DNA of 12,895 bases from Armatimonadota bacterium (GTDB taxonomy: Bacteria > Armatimonadota > UBA10988): NCBI GenBank assembly GCA_016235455.1, contig JACRKZ010000054.1, forward strand, positions 1 through 12,895, in the 5' to 3' direction. Below, piece after piece: positions 8,739-12,895 of this stretch. The notes under the pieces are model-generated. The model was not told the DNA's origin. It saw only the letters and a list, made by a program, of their open reading frames with translations, and did not search any database. The stretch's first letter is position 1; the number at the start of each line of letters is the position of its first letter. The translations under genes were made by a program, and so were the position numbers.

Positions 8739-10855
8739 GCCACCACCGCCGCCGGCGCGTCGGCCGGCGATTGCGCCAGTTCGGCGCGGGCCAGGGCCAG
8801 CATCTGCTCAGCCGTGCCCAGGCCCGATAGGTCCACCAGCCGGTCGCCGCACAGCAGGTGCGCCGCGGGCGGCATGGCGCCGCCGGCGTCGTACGTGGTC
8901 AGCCGCGGGAGCAGGGCGTCCAGCAACGCCAGCGCCGTGCCCGCGGTGCCCGCGTGAACCTCAGCCTGCTCGAATCGCAAGCGCACGACGCCGTCGGCAT
9001 CGAGCACGCCGCCACGCGTGCGGCGGCGCCGGAGCAGGCCCAGCAGCGCCTTGACCTCCTCCTCACCCTCATACACGCTGAGCCGCCCGCAGCGCGCGGC
9101 CAGGCGTACGCTGGCCAGGTGCAGGGCGCCCGCCGCAGCCGCGGCCAGGTCGGCGTCGCTCAAGGCAGCGCGCGTGCCGCCGGTGCGCAACTCGGTGGCG
9201 CCCGAGGCCACGGCGCGTGCGATGTTGCGCGCCGCGTCCACCTCGACCTCCACCTCGACCGTCTCCGCCGCGGCGCCGCTGGCGATGGCCGCATCGCGCG
9301 CGGCGGCGCGCAGGTCCAGCAGTGCGGCCTCACTGACCGGCGGCACGATGGTGCGTTCGACAGACTCCCGCACCAGCGCCAGGGCGACGCCGATGGGCGA
9401 GATGACCTCGTGATGCGCCGCCAGATGCCAGGGCAGGCCCATCGCCTCGGCCACGGCGGCGACGATCACCGCGCCACCACCGCCGCCGGCCACCAGTGTC
9501 ACGTCGCGCCGGGCCAGGCCCGCCGCGCCGATCAGCGCCTCGGCCACCGGCTGCACCTTGGCTGCGGCGGCGGCCAGGATCTGTCTGGCGATGCCGTCCA
9601 CCTCGCCGCCCAGCGCCGCCGCCAACGGCGCCAACGCCAAGCGCGCAGCGGTTGGCGCCGCCCAGGCGAAACTCTCGCGCGGCAGGCTGCCCAGCGCATT
9701 GGCCGCGCAGGTGGTGGTCAGGGCCAGGCCCATGCCGTTGGCGCAGCGGACGAGCACGTAGTCGGCCGGATCGCCCGCGCGCGGGGCCATGGTCTCCAGC
9801 GTGCAACCGGCGAGCATGGCGGGGTCGGCGTAAGCGGCATAGTCGAGCCCGGCGATGTGGGCGCTGCGTGGGCCGACGTCGACCAGCCGGCCGCCGGCGA
9901 CGCGCACCATGGAGCCGCCTGCCACGCCGACCGTGCGCACATCGAGCGCCGGCACGGCCAGGGGATGTCCGCCCACGATGGCATCGCCGGTGCGCACGCG
10001 GCCGCCCTTGACCGCGCTGAGGTCGGTGCTGGTGCCGCCGACCTCGAGGAACAGGCCATCGCTCAGGCGCTCAGCCATGAGCGCGCCGGCCACACCCGCT
10101 GCCGGACCAGAGAGCAGCGTCAGCACCGGCCGCCGCCGCACCTGATCGACGCTCATCACGCCGCCGTCGCAGCGCATGACCATCAGCGGTGCGGCGATGC
10201 CCGCGGCCCGCACGCTGTCTTCCGTGCGGGTCGCTGCTTCCACCATGCGCGGCAGGATGGAGGCGTTGACCACCGCGGTACGCGTGCGCTTCCGCAGGCC
10301 GAGGAGCTGGGTCATCTCGTGCGTGCACACCGCCGGCAGCCCGGCGGCCGCGGCGGCCTGGGCGATGGCCAGCTCGGCGCTGGGGTCGTCGACCGAGAAG
10401 GCAGCCGCGGCGACGATGACCGCCGCGCCCGCGGCGACCATCTGGGCCACGCCGTCGGCGACCTGGTCGGGCGCCACGAAAGTGTGCAACGGCGTCAGCA
10501 GCTTGCCGGGCGCCAGCTCGATGGGCGGCACCGCCGTCTCGCCACGGGCGCGCCGACCCTCCAGCCCGTCGCCGACCGCGACGACGCCGACCGCGGCCAC
10601 ATCGCCTTCCAGCAGCGCGTTGGTGGCCTGGGTGGTGCCGTGGGCGATGAACCGCACGGCGTCCGGCGCCAGCGCCAGGTCGGCCATCAGGCGCCCCAGG
10701 GCCTGGACGATGCCTTCGGCCACGCCGGTGAGCGCGGCGTGGGTGGTGGGCACCTTGACGCTGCCGAGCAGCGCGTGCGTGCCGGCGTCGATGGCGACGG
10801 CGTCGGTGAACGTGCCCCCGACGTCGATGCCGATGCGAATCGCGGGGTCAGCCAT
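8723..10855 (-). CDS. Hydantoinase A/5-oxoprolinase family ATPase (ASKHA fold)
   Basis: IRIGIDVGGTFTD, KVPTT, HGTTQATNALLE, RTRTAVVNA, LLSGPAAG, EVGGTSTD, VAGGS, AGGGGG motifs. Start at ATG 10855 (MADPAIRIG) overlaps the transporter stop (ATGGCTGA). Confidence 0.92.
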   Translation of the reverse strand: MADPAIRIGIDVGGTFTDAVAIDAGTHALLGSVKVPTTHAALTGVAEGIVQALGRLMADLALAPDAVRFIAHGTTQATNALLEGDVAAVGVVAVGDGLEGRRARGETAVPPIELAPGKLLTPLHTFVAPDQVADGVAQMVAAGAAVIVAAAAFSVDDPSAELAIAQAAAAAGLPAVCTHEMTQLLGLRKRTRTAVVNASILPRMVEAATRTEDSVRAAGIAAPLMVMRCDGGVMSVDQVRRRPVLTLLSGPAAGVAGALMAERLSDGLFLEVGGTSTDLSAVKGGRVRTGDAIVGGHPLAVPALDVRTVGVAGGSMVRVAGGRLVDVGPRSAHIAGLDYAAYADPAMLAGCTLETMAPRAGDPADYVLVRCANGMGLALTTTCAANALGSLPRESFAWAAPTAARLALAPLAAALGGEVDGIARQILAAAAAKVQPVAEALIGAAGLARRDVTLVAGGGGGAVIVAAVAEAMGLPWHLAAHHEVISPIGVALALVRESVERTIVPPVSEAALLDLRAAARDAAIASGAAAETVEVEVEVDAARNIARAVASGATELRTGGTRAALSDADLAAAAAGALHLASVRLAARCGRLSVYEGEEEVKALLGLLRRRRTRGGVLDADGVVRLRFEQAEVHAGTAGTALALLDALLPRLTTYDAGGAMPPAAHLLCGDRLVDLSGLGTAEQMLALARAELAQSPADAPAAVVAWARR

Positions 10856-11902
10856 GCGCCACCTGGATCCAAACCAGCGCCACGACATTGGCCGCCCAGG
10901 CATAGGGCAGCGTCGAGCGCAGCACATCGTTGACGTCGCAGCCGGCGAAGCCGGCGGCCCAGGTGTTGTGGGTGTTGGTCGGGTCGCAGACGCCCTGCAC
11001 CAGGCCCGAGCCCATCAGCGCGCCGCCGACCAGCGGCCCGCCCAGCGCCGCTTTGAGCATGGCGCCCAGCCCGGCGCCCATGCCATACAGATTGAGCGGC
11101 CCGCGATACAGCGCCAGCGGGCTGAGCAGTCCGAAGACCAGCACGTAGCTCACGGCGCCGTGCGGCACGGCGCGCGCCAGCAGCGGCCCGACGGCGCCGG
11201 TGACGTTGTCGGCCATGAGCACGGTGACCACCATGCCAATGCCCATCATCAGCCACAGCACCGGCGCCACCGCGCGGATCCCTTCGACGATGGCAGCGCT
11301 GAGCGACTGGGCGATGTCGCGCGGTCGGGTGGCCACCACGCCGTACAGGATGGCCAGCGCGAGCGCGGCGTTGATCTCCAACTCGACCCCGGCGAACTTG
11401 GCGCCGAGCACCAGCCCGATGGGCAGCAGCGGCGTGAGCAGCGCGGCCGGGCCGACAGCCGGCACCGCGCCCGTGGGCGGCACTTGGGCGAAGGCGGCGC
11501 GCGCGCGGCGGCTCTCGCGCAGGACATAAGCCAGCGTGGCCAGCGCCAGCGGCACGGTGCAGGCCAGCGAGAGCTGCATGCCGTGGCGATGATCATGACC
11601 AGCGACACCGACACCGGCCGGTCGCCGGCCAGCTCGGCGGCGCGCCGCACAATGGCCTCCGCCACGCCGCTGACCGCCACCACCTGCGCCAGCACCGCGC
11701 CGAACACGGCGTTGGACATGGCCCCGGCCAGCCGCGTGGTGCCCTTGCCAAACACCAGGCTCAGCGCCGCCAGCGGCTCGCCGTGCTGCGCGGCCAGCGC
11801 GATGACCAGCGCCATGAGCGGCAGCGCCAGCAGGGCCGAGAGTACCTTGTGGTACATCAGCCAGGCGCAGACAACGAACGACAGGGCGATGACCCAGGCC
11901 AT
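10848..11902 (-). pseudogene. IT-superfamily (CitMHS/GntP-like) membrane transporter, disrupted by a frameshift or deletion near 11580 (or a sequence error)
   Basis: AAGGAG RBS plus ATG 11902 gives MAWVIALSFVV...LLALPLMA...GVAEAIVRRAAELAGDRP in one frame. The hydrophobic C-half MQLSLAC...LALYRGPLNLYGMGAG...QGVCDPTNTHNTW is in another frame. The total span of 1055 nt is not a multiple of 3. Confidence 0.8.
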
Positions 11903-11923
11903 GGGAACTCCTTCGTCGGAGTG

Positions 11924-11948
11924 GTTCGGCGTGACGGGCAGGAGTCCT
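11924..11948 (-). promoter_or_regulatory. Sigma-H-like promoter AGGA-N17-GAAC for the transporter/hydantoinase operon
   Basis: Minus strand acAGGActcctgcccgtcacgccGAAC, 21 nt upstream of ATG 11902. Confidence 0.45.
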
Positions 11949-12016
11949 GTCGCGGCTGCGGAGGGGCAGGAGCCGGCCTGGCTGCGGTATGTAACATGTC
12001 CGCCGCAGGTCGGCCC

Positions 12017-12043
12017 TACACTCGTGCGCCGGCCGGCCGATAC
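12017..12043 (+). promoter_or_regulatory. Sigma-28 (FliA/SigD)-type promoter
   Basis: TACA (12017-12020)-N15-GCCGATAC (12036-12043) against the consensus TAAA-N15-GCCGATAA: exact spacing, one mismatch per box. Confidence 0.65.
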
Positions 12044-12049
12044 TACCAG

Positions 12050-12308
12050 TGAGCGTGACGTAGGCGCTCGACAAACTACCGAGCACGTGCGGCGCACCAG
12101 GCGTCGGCACAGCCTTGCCGGGCAGAACGTACGGGTCTGCAAGTCGAAGGCGCATATCGGAGGGTGGCAACCGCCCAGCGATGTGCGCCTTCCGTGGTTT
12201 TGGACCGTCGGGGCGCCCGATGTTCGGTGCGTGGATGCCTTTCCGTAGCCAACGCGGAAGACTGGTCGGCCGGCCTCACGACTCCCGAGGCCGGCCGGTC
12301 TGGTTTTT
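12050..12308 (+). ncRNA. Candidate structured non-coding RNA (~260 nt), sigma-28 promoter to intrinsic terminator
   Basis: Nested stems P1 12116-12124/12221-12229, P2 12131-12138/12202-12208, P3 12146-12159/12179-12192 with distal 12162-12167/12171-12176, side hairpin 12209-12219. G-U wobbles work on the + strand. No credible + strand CDS. Confidence 0.6.
12264..12308 (+). terminator. Rho-independent terminator
   Basis: Stem GGTCGGCCGGCCTC (12264-12277)/GAGGCCGGCCGGTC (12287-12300) followed by TGGTTTTT. The U-tract is on the + strand only. Confidence 0.65.
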
Positions 12309-12329
12309 GGGGGCGATGGGACGGCTGGT

Positions 12330-12895
12330 TCAGTGCCGCAGGAAGGCCAGCAGGTCGGCGTTGAGCTGCTCCTGATGCGTGGCGAACAGGCCATGCGGCG
12401 CGCCTTGATAGACCTTCAGCGTCGCGCCTGGCACCAGCCTGGCCGTGCGCAGACCCGCGGCGCCGATGGGCACGATCTGGTCGTCGTCGCCATGCACGAC
12501 CAGCGTCGGCACGTCGAAGGCGGCCAGATCCGCGGTGAAGTCGGTCTCGGAGAACGCCCGGATACAGTCGTAGGTGCCCTTGTGCCCGGAGCGCATGCCT
12601 TGCAGCCAGAACGAATCGATGACGCCTTGCGAGACCGTGGCCCCAGGCCGATTGGCGCCGAAGAAGGGGCCGCTGGCGATGTCGCGGTAGAGCTGCGCCC
12701 TGTCGGCCAGAGCGCCGAGGCGCAGCTTGTCGAAAACGGCCATGGGCTGACCGTCGGGGTTGTCGGCGGTCTTGACCATCAGCGGTGGCACCGCGGAGAT
12801 CAGGGCAGCCTTGGCCACGCGCCGCGTGCCGTGGCGACCGATGTAGCGCGCCACCTCTCCGCCGCCCGCGGAGCAGCCGACCAGGGCGACATCGC
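12330..12895 (-). CDS. cpo: Non-heme chloroperoxidase/perhydrolase-arylesterase family alpha/beta hydrolase; 5' part outside the window
   Basis: Frame is open to the window edge: [22 protein letters not shown] (nucleophile elbow), [23 protein letters not shown] (Asp), GAPHGL (His), LNADLLAFL. Confidence 0.9.
   Translation of the reverse strand, partial: DVALVGCSAGGGEVARYIGRHGTRRVAKAALISAVPPLMVKTADNPDGQPMAVFDKLRLGALADRAQLYRDIASGPFFGANRPGATVSQGVIDSFWLQGMRSGHKGTYDCIRAFSETDFTADLAAFDVPTLVVHGDDDQIVPIGAAGLRTARLVPGATLKVYQGAPHGLFATHQEQLNADLLAFLRH

Noticed and set aside
11560-11600. Programmed ribosomal frameshift in the transporter
   Set aside because: No slippery heptamer or homopolymer run at the junction, and the joined protein still looks too short.
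11936-11987. Imperfect direct repeat GGGCAGGAG...GGCTGCGG x2
   Set aside because: Only two short GC-rich copies with unequal spacing (28 vs 26). Not CRISPR-like and plausibly chance.
12160-12176. GGGTGGCAACCGC resembling a T-box (GGUGGNACCGCG)
   Set aside because: It has an extra base, sits as the apex of a long hairpin, and has no Stem I AG/GNUG motifs or downstream same-strand gene.
8858-12248. Long plus-strand ORFs 8858-10933 and 10176-12248
   Set aside because: Antisense shadows of the hydantoinase and transporter, with low-complexity A/R/S/P/G composition.
12050-12308. 6S, Ms1, SRP, tmRNA, RNase P or c-di-GMP riboswitch identity for the candidate RNA
   Set aside because: No SRP GGAAG/AGCAG loop, tRNA-like ends, GAGGAAAGUCC or GEMM motifs. 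The rod lacks a large 6S-type central bubble, and Ms1 similarity is only a few short words. An Rfam scan is needed to exclude these formally.
12076-12375. Small ORFs in the intergenic gap (12115-12375 +, 12164-12364 +, 12076-12279 -)
   Set aside because: No convincing RBS, non-ATG or weak starts, atypical codon use. The + ORFs run through the terminator into the convergent gene.

Overview
High-GC bacterial window with no mobile element or CRISPR. Left to right: the 3' end of a gene with a CBM-like beta-sandwich; a clan GH-A-like glycoside hydrolase; a convergent hybrid histidine kinase with about six PAS domains, two of them a tandem duplication; a divergent 934-aa secreted CAZyme-like protein; a REP-like inverted hairpin pair; a minus-strand operon (frameshifted IT-superfamily transporter, stand-alone hydantoinase-A/oxoprolinase, small HExxH protein); and the 3' part of a non-heme chloroperoxidase-type alpha/beta hydrolase. 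The strongest unexplained signal is in the 11903-12329 intergenic gap. A sigma-28-type promoter (TACA-N15-GCCGATAC) precedes a ~260-nt multi-stem, apparently non-coding plus-strand region that ends in an intrinsic terminator, so it is a candidate stand-alone flagellar-regulon RNA. Two genes also share an AGGACT-N15-GAAC, sigma-H-like promoter.
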